Assembly (NCBI GenBank): GCA_028534125.1
Contig: CM052817.1
Location: forward strand, 87,298,001 to 87,362,000
Source: Lama glama
Lineage: Eukaryota
Direction of reading: 5' to 3'
DNA: 64,000 nt
Of the stretch, positions 25,046-39,063 are shown piece after piece. Below the pieces are notes generated by a model that was not told the origin of the DNA, did no database searches, and worked only from the letters and a program-made list of their open reading frames with translations. Made by a program: the position numbers and the translations under genes. Position 1 is the first letter of the stretch. Every line of letters begins with the position of its first letter.

Positions 25046-26907
25046 GATTAAAAAAAAGAATCTGTCACAGGTGGTGCAATAAATAAAATAAAGCTCTCTT
25101 AAATTATTCTACTTCAAATTTCACATTAAATGGCAGCCAGAAATTTAACGTTATACTTTAGGAATCATTTTTCTGTGAAACTAACATTTAAAGTTCACTT
25201 CATAGGGATTATCATACTAAATCATTTTAATTCCACCAACAATTTCAAGTGTATTTGACAAAGGGGCAGATGGCCTAAAGTGAGGAAAGGTTTTCCACAT
25301 TATATAAGGACACACGCAAAGGGATAGAAAAATGACCTCTGAAAAGCTATGCTTCATTAATTTAGTCTTTGCCTTTAACTACTTTTTTCATAGCTATATC
25401 TTTGTTTCAGATATCATTCATGAGTGCCCTAGGTTAAGAATTACAACAGAATTTAAATGAAAAAAAAATACCATTTTAGTATGAAGTGTGCCTAGGTTTA
25501 GATTTGTAATACATATATTTTAACATATATTTTTGACCAAATAACTGTAGAGATATTTTGACGTTTTTAACAATTCTGTCTTTTAACTGCAAGTGTTATC
25601 TGTGGTCAAATAAAACATATTAATGTTTATTATTAACAAATAGAAAATGTCCACATCTTGCTCCCATTACATAGCTTTAGCAAATTCTCCAATTACTATG
25701 TATTTCTCCAATGGGATGACTGGATTTATTGTTGCCTTGCTGTGTGCCTCCTGTTCTCCTGTCTGTGTATAATTCACTTGCACTGGAAAGACAGGTAGTA
25801 CGAGGAAGATATTCCAAGGTTAGCTGCAAAGCAGTAGGTTTAGTTCTTAAATATTTAAGAACTCCCACAGCAAGTGATAGGAACCCAAGTGTTGAATACA
25901 AAATACTTCATTAGTTTGCATTTAACAAAGAGAGATTATTTGGTAGACACTGTTAAAAAATTTATTATTCTGATACAGTTGTGTAGACATTTCTTACTTT
26001 TGCTGACCTACATATACTATTTCAATGGATCTTTAAATTACTTAATAAAAACAGCTTTGGAGAATACTTAGTTTGTGCTAGCACTAGACTCAGTTCTAGG
26101 AACGAGTCTCCTTAACAAGGACTGGTGATTGCAGGCAATTGAAACAATTTATCCTTCAAAAAAGGCATGAAACAGTACAATGTACCAAAAAAAAAAAAAA
26201 AGAATTAGCACTGGGGTATAGATTTTAATATACCAATATTTAGAAAATTCCATCTCTATCATATTCATCACATGTTCTAACTGAGGAAAATTGCACACAT
26301 GAGAATTGAATGATTATCTAAAGACAACAGGCCAAATTAATAATTGAGGTGCATAATTTGTATAATAAAGTAAATTTATTTAAGGGACTTGATTACCCGT
26401 ATTCATTATCTGCACTGTGTGAAGTGCTCTACTTTAACTAATGAGAACATCTTTTTACCGTTAATTGATGTTAAAAATAATCCTTACAGATTTTATTATT
26501 TTTTAATGTGTTGGTGTTATATAACTTTATTTATTTCCTAAGGTAAGCATTTTCTAGGTTTTCTAAATATTAGCATATTTGATTCTATGATACTTTGAGA
26601 TATTACCCTCATATTAATGTTTTTCATCTTCTCTGTTATTTTCCCTGAATTTCCTTTCATCATTCATTTTCAAGGGAAAGATATGAGACAGAAGGAAACC
26701 CCACAAGCTGTCTGTAAGTTTTGGTGTTTGCTTTCTAAACCCTAAATTCCTAGGAGTATTTATAAGGTTGGAGTAAGTTAGTTTATAAAAACGGGGGTAG
26801 ATTTCAGATAGCACACTATGCACAGAGCCAATAAGGGAGAATGACTGGGACTGGGGATGCGGATTCCTTTATGCAATTGAGGGTGTTGGTGATTTCCAGT
26901 GCAGAGA

Positions 26908-27267
26908 TTGGTAGCAGAAAAATGCTCCACCCCAAGATGTCCTCCTAATTCCCAGAATCTGTGAATGTGTCTACTTTATTGATCAAAAGGTGCTTTGCAG
27001 ATAGGATTCATAAGGATCTTAATATGGGAAGATTATCTTGGATTATCTGGGTAGGCTCTGTACAATCATAAGGGTTCTTGCGAGAGCAAGAGAGATGTAA
27101 GAGAGAGAGGGATGTGTGTGAGGTAGACTCAACAGACCATCGCTGCTTGGAAAACAGAAGACCATGAGCCAATGAACCCGGGTGGTCCCCAGAAGTTGGA
27201 AAGGACAAGAAAGTGGTTTTGTCCTTGATCCTGTTGACACTTTGACTTAAACCCAGTGAAATCAGGT
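26908..27267 (+). mobile_element. MaLR LTR fragment (MLT1C/D-like), 3'-truncated
   Basis: tggtagcagaaaaatgctccaccccaagatgtcctcctaattcccagaatctgtgaatgtg...gattatcttggattatctgggtaggc...agaagttggaaaggacaagaaa. Confidence 0.85.
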
Positions 27268-28879
27268 TGTAACATTTTTTTAACAAAAAATTGACAGAAT
27301 AAGGTATTTGGCATTTAATTTGCTATATCCTTAAAACTGGCAATTATATTAGAAACATTAAGAATGCTTTATATGTACATACCAAGAGCTCTCACTTAGT
27401 TTCAGATAGTTAAAACATTTGAAATTATTTCTTAGTGTCATAACTGTATGCCTCTTTCACTTGTAATTTTAATAAATTTTTAAATGGATGTATTTATTTA
27501 ATGAGTATTTTAATATTAAAAGAAGAATCAATCCTGCTAATTTCAAAAATAGCAAGACTTTAAGATTATTTGTACAGGTGTGTAGGGGGTGTAATTTGAT
27601 TCCATTAGGTCAATTTGGATAGCCCAAAATATTCTTTTCATTATAATTGAACTTTATAATCTAGGCAATATAACCGATTTAATATATTGATAACATTTAG
27701 TTCCTTCTTGATTGCTAAGCATATAGTATTTTCAATTATCTACACTAGAGGGAAAAATGTACTTAAAATATCATTTCATGTATATTTATTACATACTTAT
27801 GTCTGCTAGCTCTTTAAGTTGGTTATTGAAAAGGTTCAGACCTTATTTTTCATATTTTATAAAATATAAAGGATATCTTTTCACTATAAGTAAAGGTAAT
27901 TTATGGCAACAAATATTATAATTCTATATTGATAGAGCATTAGTGATAATTTGATCTAAATTTTCTTTTCAATAGGAAAGGAAATTGAGAGTGAAAAGTT
28001 TATTGATTTGAGTTTAAGATTTTTAACTACCTAGAAACATTTGAACATATGAAACTTGATCCTCGCTCTAGTTTTGTTTATCTTCTTCACATTACTGCAA
28101 TAAACACATTGATTTTTACATACAATACTGTAAGACCTTTACTGCCCACTGTCTTAGAGCACTACAGTATGTGCTATACCTGGGAAGCAAGCATTTTATT
28201 AAAGCTGGCTGAATGCATTTTTCCAATACTTCACCTTATATTTTGACTGCAAAATCAAAGACATTTCTTGAAGATGTTTGCTATCAATTACTAAAAACGT
28301 GCACCAAATACCTCTATCCTCCTTCCAAGTTTCAACACTGCAGAAGGAAAATAGGTGCAGAAGAAATAGAATGAGCAGGAAAGAAGAAAGTGTGATTAAG
28401 GAGACCATGCTCTGGTTCATCACCTGGGCTGCCTGAATTATAAGGATCAAGTGAGAACTAAGGAGACAGAGGATAATTCAATTAAATTTAACATTAAAGT
28501 TTTAAAGGATTAATGTAGAAGAATGAAGATATCCAGGGGAGAAAGTAAGAAGTAATCCTGGTACTTCATTAAAGACACTGGTGTTAATGGCTATGTAGGG
28601 GAAGAGGAGGCCTTGCACTCACTCAGATGGCAGTGTTGGAACCAATATGATTATATAAAGCCAGGTTTCTCAAAAACCCAGCTTGCTCAGTGATATGATG
28701 GGCCAAGGGGGAAAAAAAATTAATTGAGGTTGAGTGACCAGAAAGGAATTCCTCTATCTGGACTTCTACTGGAGCTGAACAAAATTTGAAAAAGAAAGGA
28801 AGGAAGGAGGAAATGTTCACCCAAACGTGGATCTCATAGTCTTCCTATTCCGAAAGTTTGAGATACATGCATGGTGTAG

Positions 28880-29180
28880 GAAATCTAAAGGTTAGAGAGC
28901 AAAATAAAGTGTACTCAAGTTGGTAGTACCCATGTGCACCCAGAAGATGTAAATACAAATTCTTTCTAGAAGAATTAGCCCTCATAATTTTTAAACATTT
29001 AGATCAGTTAAATATCAGCTTGCAAGAAATAAATAAAAGAAAAAACATGAAAACAAAACCAGTAGCAAGGCACGCTTGGAGACATTAGGAACTGGTAGCA
29101 GCAGAATTAAACTCTGAGGTATACAAATATGATATTATCAGATACAAGAACTTAAAAAAACTGTATCAGGAAGAGACGAT
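28880..29180 (+). mobile_element. ancient L1 (L1ME-type) 5'/ORF1-start fragment
   Basis: cagaagatgtaaatacaaattctttctagaagaa...tgatattatcagatacaagaacttaaaa resembles old L1M 5' regions. Confidence 0.4.
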
Positions 29181-29238
29181 TGAAAAGAAACCTTTTGTGG
29201 CTGCATTACAGTCTTGAACTAGACTTTAAAGCAAAAGT

Positions 29239-29738
29239 NNNNNNNNNNNNNNNNNNNNNNNNNNNNNNNNNNNNNNNNNNNNNNNNNNNNNNNNNNNNNN
29301 NNNNNNNNNNNNNNNNNNNNNNNNNNNNNNNNNNNNNNNNNNNNNNNNNNNNNNNNNNNNNNNNNNNNNNNNNNNNNNNNNNNNNNNNNNNNNNNNNNNN
29401 NNNNNNNNNNNNNNNNNNNNNNNNNNNNNNNNNNNNNNNNNNNNNNNNNNNNNNNNNNNNNNNNNNNNNNNNNNNNNNNNNNNNNNNNNNNNNNNNNNNN
29501 NNNNNNNNNNNNNNNNNNNNNNNNNNNNNNNNNNNNNNNNNNNNNNNNNNNNNNNNNNNNNNNNNNNNNNNNNNNNNNNNNNNNNNNNNNNNNNNNNNNN
29601 NNNNNNNNNNNNNNNNNNNNNNNNNNNNNNNNNNNNNNNNNNNNNNNNNNNNNNNNNNNNNNNNNNNNNNNNNNNNNNNNNNNNNNNNNNNNNNNNNNNN
29701 NNNNNNNNNNNNNNNNNNNNNNNNNNNNNNNNNNNNNN
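29239..29738. other. assembly gap (500 N)
   Basis: Run of exactly 500 N. Confidence 1.
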
Positions 29739-29772
29739 GCTCTTTCCATTGGGAAGTCTATAGTATGAGCCT

Positions 29773-30265
29773 TGTATTAGTCTGGGTTCTTTCAAGAAAC
29801 AGAACTCATAGGAGACATACAGAGAGAGGTGGGGAGAAAGAGGAAAGAAAAGAAAAGAAAAGAGAAAAGAAAAGAAAAGAAAAAGAAAGAAAAAAGCAAA
29901 GCAAAGCAAAGCAAAGCAAAGCAAAGCAAAGAAAAGATTTACTATAGGGAATTAGCTCATATGATTATGGAGGCTGAAAATCCAAGATGGAGTCCAAAGG
30001 TCTGAGGACCAGGAGAACTGATGATATAAGTTCCAGTCTAAGGCTAAATCCAAAGGCAGGAGAAGACCAACAATGTTCCAGTTCAAAGACATCAGACAAA
30101 GAGAGAGAATTCTCCCTTACTCAGCCTTTTGTTCTATTCAGGCCTTCAATTCAAATGTTAATCTTGTCTGGAAACACCTTCACAAACACACTCAGAGATA
30201 ATGTCATCCAAATAGCTGGGCACCCCGTGGCCCAGCCAAGCTGATCCATAAAATTAACCATCACA
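29773..30265 (-). mobile_element. ERVL solo LTR (MLT2B-like)
   Basis: tgtattagtctgggttct...aggaattagctcatatgattatggaggctga...cataaaattaaccatcaca is the reverse of the MLT2 consensus; 5-bp TSD AGCCT/AGACT (29768-29772, 30266-30270). Confidence 0.92.
29835..29936. repeat. compound (AAAAG)n/(AAAGC)n microsatellite within MLT2
   Basis: Directly visible pentamer arrays. Confidence 0.95.
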
Positions 30266-33112
30266 AGACTTATATAGTCAAGGAAACAACAATGTGATGG
30301 TATTTTCCTGAAAGCAGCTTTTTCAGAAGTGTCTATTATGTATTATTGACTGAAGAGATTTTGTAGGTTTACATTTCATGTCTCTAAAGAAATTGTGAAC
30401 TGCATGTCTGTATTTTTATGTGAACTTGAAATCCGTGTTGGTGACCTTCGTGATTGCCTTAATTAGCTGAGTCTCACTAAGTGAAGGCAGTTACACTCCT
30501 TTACTACATTACTTAAATATGTTCATAGTTGAACATAATTTTCTTCAAAGGAAAACTGCAAATATGCCCTTAGCTTGACCCATTCTACTAATTTAAATGT
30601 CTGGAAATCAAACAGAATATGGAAATCAGGCTTTTGTATAAAATTGCAACTTAACTAGAAGCACATTTAAGTAATTTTGCAGTGAAGCAGTGGAACAATT
30701 AGAAAGTTTTATGTTTCTTTCATGAATCTGAGATGGTGACTGTTGCCTGTGCACATCTATTGATACACACAGAATACTATACATAATAGTTATATAATTA
30801 TCTGAACTTACATGAAGTATGGATTTTATCTTTAATAGTTTACTTGATCCTTTCTTGACAGGGAGAAGGGGTCAACTGTGATCATTCTAATCTACTTAGA
30901 AAAATGTCTGTCTGATATTGCTCTGCCTTCTCTACCAGGAAGTCAGGAATGACACTTTGAACACAAATCACCTGGCCAGTGACAGCCTTATTTTCATGCA
31001 CTTTATAAAGAACATATTTTTGTGAACAAATTCCAAAAAAATTAAAAAGGTCAGTTTTAAAGTGTTTTAAAAGTTTCTATCTATCCTTTTAGGACATTCT
31101 AAAATGTCTCTCAAATAACTTCAGGGAAGCTTATTGTTCATAAACCAAATTATACCTTGTGTATTGCATATGTTTAATGAATATTAGAGAAAGGAATAAA
31201 TATATGTATATATACATAATAAATATACATATATGTGTATATATGTATCTGTGTGTACATATAGTTATTCCTTTGTCTAACATTCATTGTATTATTAAAT
31301 ACATATGCACATATATATATTTAAACTGCTTTAGGGTGGAGACACTATACCTTGAGTTTCTAGTATAATTATTGACTCCTAGAAATCATAATATACTTAG
31401 TAAATTTTTGACAATAAATGAATGAATGGGTAAATGAAATCAGAAATATCAGAACTTGTATTTTTTTGACTTTCTAACTCAAATATTTCCTGAAAAGTAA
31501 TCTTCAGATGTCATGGGTTAGCTTTGTTTTCTTTTTAAATTGTCACTAATCCAAACAAACCAACTATACTATTCATGAAGAAAAAAAATGAAAAAACCCA
31601 AGTTTCAAAAGTTAATATTGAGTGTGTAGAAAAAAATCAAACTAAAACCTTTCCCATATGTTCAGTAGTAAAGAAAAAAAAAAAAACAACCCTGTAAATA
31701 TGCCTTTGAAAACATGAAGAGAAGAGGAGGTCCTGAGAGCCCAAGATAGAGTGTTTCAAATGGCAGGGGGATAATATGAAAATGTGAAATGTGAAAATGA
31801 GTGAGGAGTGCAGTCCTTCACTCCATCAACACTCTCTGCGAGGCTGGAAAGGGACAGATGGGAGCTCAAGCTTAACTAAGAAGTGGGAATTTCCTTGCAG
31901 TGATCATAATGATTTTATAATGTTTCTTATATTTCTGAGGAGACAACGTGTTTCAAAGATAACAAAAAAGGGCATATTTATTATAAACTGTTTAAAACGT
32001 TTCCTTTTAAACAAAACATTATTCCCACAGCACATATACATGAATGTGAATGTACACTTTCAATCATAATTATTGCAGAATATGTCATTTATCTTAATTA
32101 ATTTTGCCAAAAGTTAAGTATTTGGATAATAAATTAAAAATTCCTTGTTAAAAATCTGTTATATGAGTCCATTTACTTCACATTTTTAAAAATGTTGAAG
32201 ATGTTTTCAGCATCTAGGACCATCTTACATAAAATACACTGTTGTATACTTAATGACACATGAATAAGACTTTAACCATACAGAATAGACTTGGAAGCAC
32301 ATAGTTGACAGAGGTATCTACAGGGGATGCGGGGTGGAAGATGGGATATGTATTGGTGTAAGTGGATGGTATAAAAGGTTAATAATGCCAGAGAAGAAGG
32401 TGATGCACAGACTCAGATAACATCATCCTGCCACATCTGCTTCACCAGATGACCTGATATCAGATGTATCTGCAGTGGTTTTACACAGGAGAAAAAAGAA
32501 TTTGCCCATCTTAGTGATTTTACTGGTGCCATTAATGTAAAAAACAGAGTGGCATGTTTAAAAATTATATATATATATATACATAAAATATATATACACA
32601 GATATACATATATACATATATTATCTATAAATTTTGATTATGTTCAACCCCATAGTATTTTGAAGACATTACTAATTGGTTAGTCTGAACCAGATTAAAC
32701 ACACCTGTACTTCTTATGGTTTTATTTTTGAACTATACAAAATGTTCATGTTACTAAAAAGGTCATGTTTTTCAAAATTCAGGTTATATCGAAACAAATT
32801 TTGAAAAACAAATCTATCTTTGTAGTTCACTGGGTGAGTCATTCGAGAATATACGAAACATATTCTTTTATATATGCGAGCATGAAGTCAGGGAAGAAAC
32901 CTTTGAAGTATCGTTACTCTCTTTTTGCTTAATTGTACTTTTTCACTTGAATTCCCACAGCTCTATCTTCCATCCAACTCCATGCGGCTAGAGTCAGCAA
33001 TACCTAAGTCCCTCATTTCTTCAAGGGAACTATTGTTTCTGTGAGGCCAGTATAGTAGAGATAAAAGATGAAATCATATTTCATGCAGCTAGAAAAAATT
33101 ATCTGAGTTGGA

Positions 33113-33328
33113 CAGTGAATATCAAACAACGTCTGAAAACCCCTTTGTCAGGGGACACTTGGAATAGCTGGAGCCATTTTTGGTTGCCATAACTGAGGGC
33201 AGAGGGCTACTACTGGCATCTAATGGGTAGAGGCCATATCTGCTATATTCTAATGTGCCCATGATGGTTTCCACCATGTAGAATTATCCAGTTCAAGATG
33301 TTAATGGTGCTGAGGTTGACAAACCCTG
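33113..33328 (+). mobile_element. MER20 (hAT-Charlie)
   Basis: caggggacacttggaatagctggagccatttttggttgccataactg...actggcatctaatgggtagaggcca...gaattatccagttcaagatgttaatggtgctgaggttgacaaaccctg. Confidence 0.9.
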
Positions 33329-36300
33329 GGTTAGAAAAATGAGGAAAGAGGGGCCTCATTAATGTGAGAGAAGGGGCAGAAGGAAGAGCTTACCAAGGTC
33401 TTTGCTCTTTTCACCTCCGCTAACTAGATAATTGAGCTGCCTTCTCTTTGCAAGCTAATAAGGATTTTCTTATTTACAGGCAGCAAACATGTCACCCACT
33501 AATTGTTCTAGGAGTTCTAATGCCTACTTTTGACCCCACAATTTGTTGCCTCAGCAAACAAACTTTCTATAGGCCATTCTTGTTTCAATGACCCAGGACA
33601 CTGGACACATTTCAGGGAAATGATGTGAAAGGGGAAAACCTCTGCATTCTGGCCCCTGGGGTATCAGACAGCATCATCTGAAGACTGAGCCTTGAGCAGG
33701 GTGGTGGTTGAACACCCTCCACTTTGTTGTGTATACACCTCTTTCTTAAAAAGTAATGTTTTTGCATTATTTTTAATGATGCTATCATTTAAAAATAATT
33801 TCAAAGTCTCCATCCTAACCAACAATTAAAAAGAGATTAGAAAATTATATTGAAAGGAAATGATATTTATTTGTTTCATTGTTTGCCTTATATGCATATT
33901 ATTTCCTTTGTAAGTCCATAGTAATTTTCAGGACAAGTCATCGTGATGTAATTACTTTCACAAGATTGACAGCAACAGCCAATCTATTACAGATTTTTAT
34001 GACATGCTAATTTCCCATCTGTCCAGGGCACTTCTTTTCATGTGCCAACATTTTAGAGAAAAGTTATAAGAATTGAAAGCTTGCTCTTCTTCTAATTGCA
34101 GCTTGACAATTACTAATGCAAGATTCTTGCTAAAAGAGAAGGAACGCCTCTTCATTTTTTAAAAAGGTCACTTTTATTAAAAAAATGAGTGTTCATTATA
34201 ACTTTTAAATTGAAAATTATTTTTTAGTCCTATAAGTAGGCTCGGTCCCTTTTTCACACTTATCCCTAATCCTAAAATAACTTCCTTTTTCATATTTATT
34301 TTCCCTTATATTCCCTGTGAAATTTCTTTAACATTAAGAACCTCTCTGAGAAGTCTTCACTGAAACATAACATGTAGAGGATTATAAAATGAATGTTAAC
34401 TCTTTGATAAAAACATTGTGAATGCTGTAAATGAATCAAACAGTGACGAACTGAATGATTTTTTTTTTCTCGGTTATGAAAGCAAGCAAAGCAATATGCA
34501 TAGAAGGCTTAAGAAACCCCAAGTCAAAGTACGAATTTAAGCTACTTCAGAAAGCACTATGAAAGCTCGTTTGCACATTTCACTCAGCGTGCTCCAAGTG
34601 GATTACATTTGTGACAACACATCGCTGCCTTTGTCTTCCTGAGTGGCTTGGAGGGTCTGGGCTTACCAGAACCCTGGGCTGGTTGCTTCATATCACAAGA
34701 AATCTCATGCTCTTACTCATGTCTTGGAACAGATATTTTTTGAGTGAAACATCAGAAAAATGTTGAGAGGCATTACTCCGTATTCCAATGTTTGGATATA
34801 TCACTTCACTATTATTTAATTTGAAAAAAAAAAACAAAGATTGATGATATTGAAAATGAAGAAGAGAGGCTATATAGAAAACCGGTAGGGAGACTAGAGT
34901 AAAATGCATAAAAGAAAATACTGTGGAAAGCATTTTGATTAAAGACTACATAACATTGTTACAGACTAGTGATGTTTTTAAAAATACTCTGCAAATACAG
35001 ATTTTTGAAAAAAATTCCAGAAAGAAGAAGAAATAAAGAACTAACACTCATAAGCACTTCAAAGGAATGGGTCTTGACAAAGGAAGAATGTATTTTAAAA
35101 TAATCCCACAGTAGTTTCTCCCACCTAATAAATCCCTCTATGAATAGTCTTCTTTCTCAAATAATTCAGGGGGAAATCCTCAGTTTGACTAAAATGCCAC
35201 TAAAATGATGTGACAAAAGAAAAAAAGCAATATTAGTGAGAAAGGTAAATTTAGCTGGGCTGGTTAGATAAATACTCAGCTGATGTGACAATTATTGAAA
35301 CCAGCATTTGCAAGTTGCATTAGATCTGCACACTTTTCATTTAATTTATTTGAATGCTCTGAATACAGATTAACTCTCTTAGCCTAATATTTCTTCGTTC
35401 ATTAGCATTAAACTGAGAACTGCAAGTTCCTTGGGATAACCTTTAAATTGTTTCTTCTAACTTCAGCATAACTTCTGACAGTATCTCTAAATCTCCTTGA
35501 ACCATTATTTTGTCATGTTCAACTCTTCTCAAGCTATTTTTAACTTAGTTTTTTACCAAGGGCTAGAGTTTTAAAATTGACTTTTAAGAGCTATCCACAA
35601 ATTTTGTCTTGGGGACAGGGGGCACACAGCAAAGAACTTCCAAGTGTTTATTTAGATGTGCTAGCAAAACTTCAGGCCATATGGAGGTTTTGAGAATAAG
35701 TCCTTAAAATATACCAAGGGGCATAGTGAGGGTGGTCAGACAAAATGTTTTATGCATGATGTTTTCCCCAAATCTTCAGTAGCAGAAAAGGAAGAGTAAA
35801 CAATAAAGTTCCTGTTACCATCTCTGCCACTTGTTCAAAGGACTCAGGAAGAAATTTTGCTGAAGGCACTGCACGGTATAGCTTACACCAGATACATTGC
35901 ACAGAAACCAAATCGTTTCATAGAAAAGTATTTTGAAAATGGCGTAAAAAATAAAGGGAAGAGAGAGAGAGAAAGAGAAGGAAAAACCTTAATGAAAAGA
36001 CTGAAGAAACATCTGCAGGCAATATTGGAGAGAAAATTGTCTCAAGATTTTTCAGTTGACATGCAGCTAAAACATATCATATGGATTACTCTCATTTAAA
36101 TGAAATGACAGTGGGAAGATGATCTAATATATCTATTTTAAATAAATGTGTTAGTAGGGTTTTGAGGGAAAATCTGGTACATTTAATTCAAATATTAAAG
36201 TGGATTTCAAAAAGGCAAGCAAGTGAAATTTTCTAGGTCAAAACAATCTCCAGAAAATAAAAATGAATTAATTTTATGAATGCTCCAAGGTGAAAATGGA

Positions 36301-37649
36301 CCAATCTCAAACTCCACGATTTATAAATCGTTCTAAGAGAGAGTTTTTGAAGGCACTTCAGGAAATTTTACAATTTTATGCTTCTTTTTCAAATGTGCTA
36401 AACTAAACAATCATTTAAAACAGAGCACACAATGAAACATTTTGACTTATTAACAAAATTGAGATAGTTACCTTACTGATTTGAAATTATTATATTTTGC
36501 TAATTCTGGTTATAGTTCTAGTAGTTCATCATGATTAGTAATGTCACCTAAAATAATATGTATTTCAATGATTATCTATAGTTTCCTTAGTTTTTCCTAT
36601 TTCTATTTGCAATAGTTTCTAATCTTGCATAACACATGAAACGTAAGTGTATATCCTTTTCTTTTATTAATGATATTGATCCTAAAACATATGATTGATC
36701 CACTCCAGATTAACCACGAGAAATGAAACCAAAGATTGGCTTTTACAACAAATTCAAATTTAATGTAGTTGAAATCCTTCAGTCTGTGTGAGAATAACCA
36801 TCAGCATGTACATGTCTGTCGTGGCCACATATCCTTTACAGACTTTTATTGCTTAGTAAGAAAACAGTGAGATGAATGACATTCTATTGTCACTTCTGGT
36901 TTCCCATTATAACCTTTGCAGGAGTGTATTTTACTCCAGTCTAGTGTTAAGTGCCTAGAAAAGTCAGACCATGGCTTCTACCCACTGGAAAACACTTCAA
37001 TTACAATTCCTATCTAAAGCATAGTTAACAAACATGTATTTCTTACTGACACCATTTTGATGTAGAATTAACAATTTTTTCCTTGTTGTGAAGAAGTATT
37101 GTTTTTGTGCACCGCATGTGCTACAGTGCGTGCTGTACGTTTCTATGCATTGCATTTCACCCAGGCTGTTCGCATTTAGGCAAACCATTTCAAATTGATT
37201 TAAAAAACAGCTTGAAATTAGTAAAGCAACTATGATTTTGTCTGCCCTGAGTCAGTAATACATTAGCCAAAATTTGGGCAATCTTTTTTTTGTTGTTAAC
37301 ATAATTCTGTCATTTAGTTGTCACATATGTATTTGAAATAATACAGCAGAATCAAACTTATTTTAAATATTTTCAGAGAGTTAAGTTATATTCATCATAG
37401 GACCACTTCCACTTAGTGAGTAATAAGATACAACCTTTTTCTTAACAAATAACAGCATGAGACAAGAAAAAGTTTTAAGATCTGTGTTTATCAGTCCTTG
37501 TTCTGCTACTGGTCATATAAACTGTCACTTCTTGCAAGGTCTTCAAACTCTTAGAAGATGTCTACGCTTACCATAAAATCACGTCTGCTATACTTGTTAG
37601 GCAAATGGAGATACCGATGAATTCTCAAATCCCTCACATCTTTTATAAT

Positions 37650-38110
37650 GAGTGTGCTTTTTTTTTTCCCCAGTAAAATCACTCTAGTTTCTTCATTGGT
37701 AGCAGATTTGATGAAGGATTGAAGTCCTCTAGCTGAAAGCCGTGAGTTTTTAATTTGAGTTTATTTTTCGTTGGAAAGAGTAAGCTTAGATAGTTATTTT
37801 AGTCATGTTCTGTGAGTGGTAAACTCTGATGTTTTTAATATTGATAATTTAGCTATATGTGATTTTATCCATAGATTATGGCTAATTTAGACGTACAATT
37901 CTAAATCGAGAGTTTTTTTTTTTCAGCATTCTGGAACTATCACTGCATGCTTTCTTGTATTTATATTTATTAATGAGAAATAATATCTTGAAATCATGTC
38001 TTTGTAGGTAATTTATCTTTCCTCTCTGATTTTAAAAATTGTATTTGTTGAATCTATGGTTTCATTTCAATGAACCTAATTGTACATTTAATTTTGTAGA
38101 TTTTCTTTAG
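37650..38110 (-). mobile_element. ancient L1M ORF1-region fragment
   Basis: T-rich; tacaattctaaatcgagagtttttttttcagcattctgga...aatgagaaa...tctttgtaggtaatttatctttcctctctg resembles the reverse of the L1 ORF1 3' part. Confidence 0.55.
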
Positions 38111-39063
38111 TAATTCAGAGTTAAAGATGGTATAGCATAAATTCTGCCAGCCTAGGTGTAATTCACACCCAGGAGAATTAAACAGACTCTATAAGAACTA
38201 CATTAGGGGACTAAGTGCTAGCTCAAATTTTTAAAAAAGGAGGGTGACTATGAAGAATGAGATTGTTGTTGTAGGAAATATGAAATTCATTTTCTAGTTT
38301 TCTAGAAAGCCCAGTGTAAGTCCCCCAACAGGCTGCACCCTTGGTGCTGGGTGGCTAATTCCCTGGGATAGCTTAGGTGCTGATATATTTCTTCATATCA
38401 TCTTCTAGATTATCTGTACATTTATTTTCCTTGAGAATCAAACAGACCTGTGCATTTTCCATTCTAGTGCACAGAATCACTGTGAGAGAAAAGTGAAAAT
38501 ATACATAATTTGTAATTCTCATGCTCAATTTTATTTTTGCTTGGAGTGTTTTGTTCTGATTTTTTAAGCCATTAAATCCATTATGTGTCAATTTTATGTT
38601 TTTTCCCAAGACCTAGATGTTAGAGTTTAATAAATGAAATGATTATTTTCCTATATTTTAATCATTTTTCAGCTTCTCTATCAATTCTGTGCCCTACCTC
38701 AAAAATTATTTTCCTGTTTTTATTAGTCATAGTTGTTTCTGTAGCTTGAAAATAATCACTATAACTGATAACCTGTCTATGGGCATAAAATTCTCCTCCA
38801 TCTTTCATGGACATGGACCATTATTATTCTTATGCAATCTCTACATTTCTTTCTGCATGTCCTCTCTTTACCAACCCTATCATTTTCCTTACTCATAAGG
38901 TTAGCCATCGTGGCTTTGACTTTTTGTATATAACATCCATTTAGATTTGTCAATTTGTCAACCCTAAAAATGGGCTCAATTCTTTTAGAATGTCTTTTGT
39001 AAAATTAGCCAGGCCATAGTGCATAATATTCTGGCCACACTACTGTTGGGCTCAGTATACCTG

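Noticed and set aside
27852..27867. Perfect 16-bp palindrome ATATTTTATAAAATAT
   Set aside because: Pure A/T; expected by chance at this composition.
29180..29947. Longest ORF-track entries (176-255 aa)
   Set aside because: Artefacts of translating through the 500-N gap and the adjacent microsatellite.
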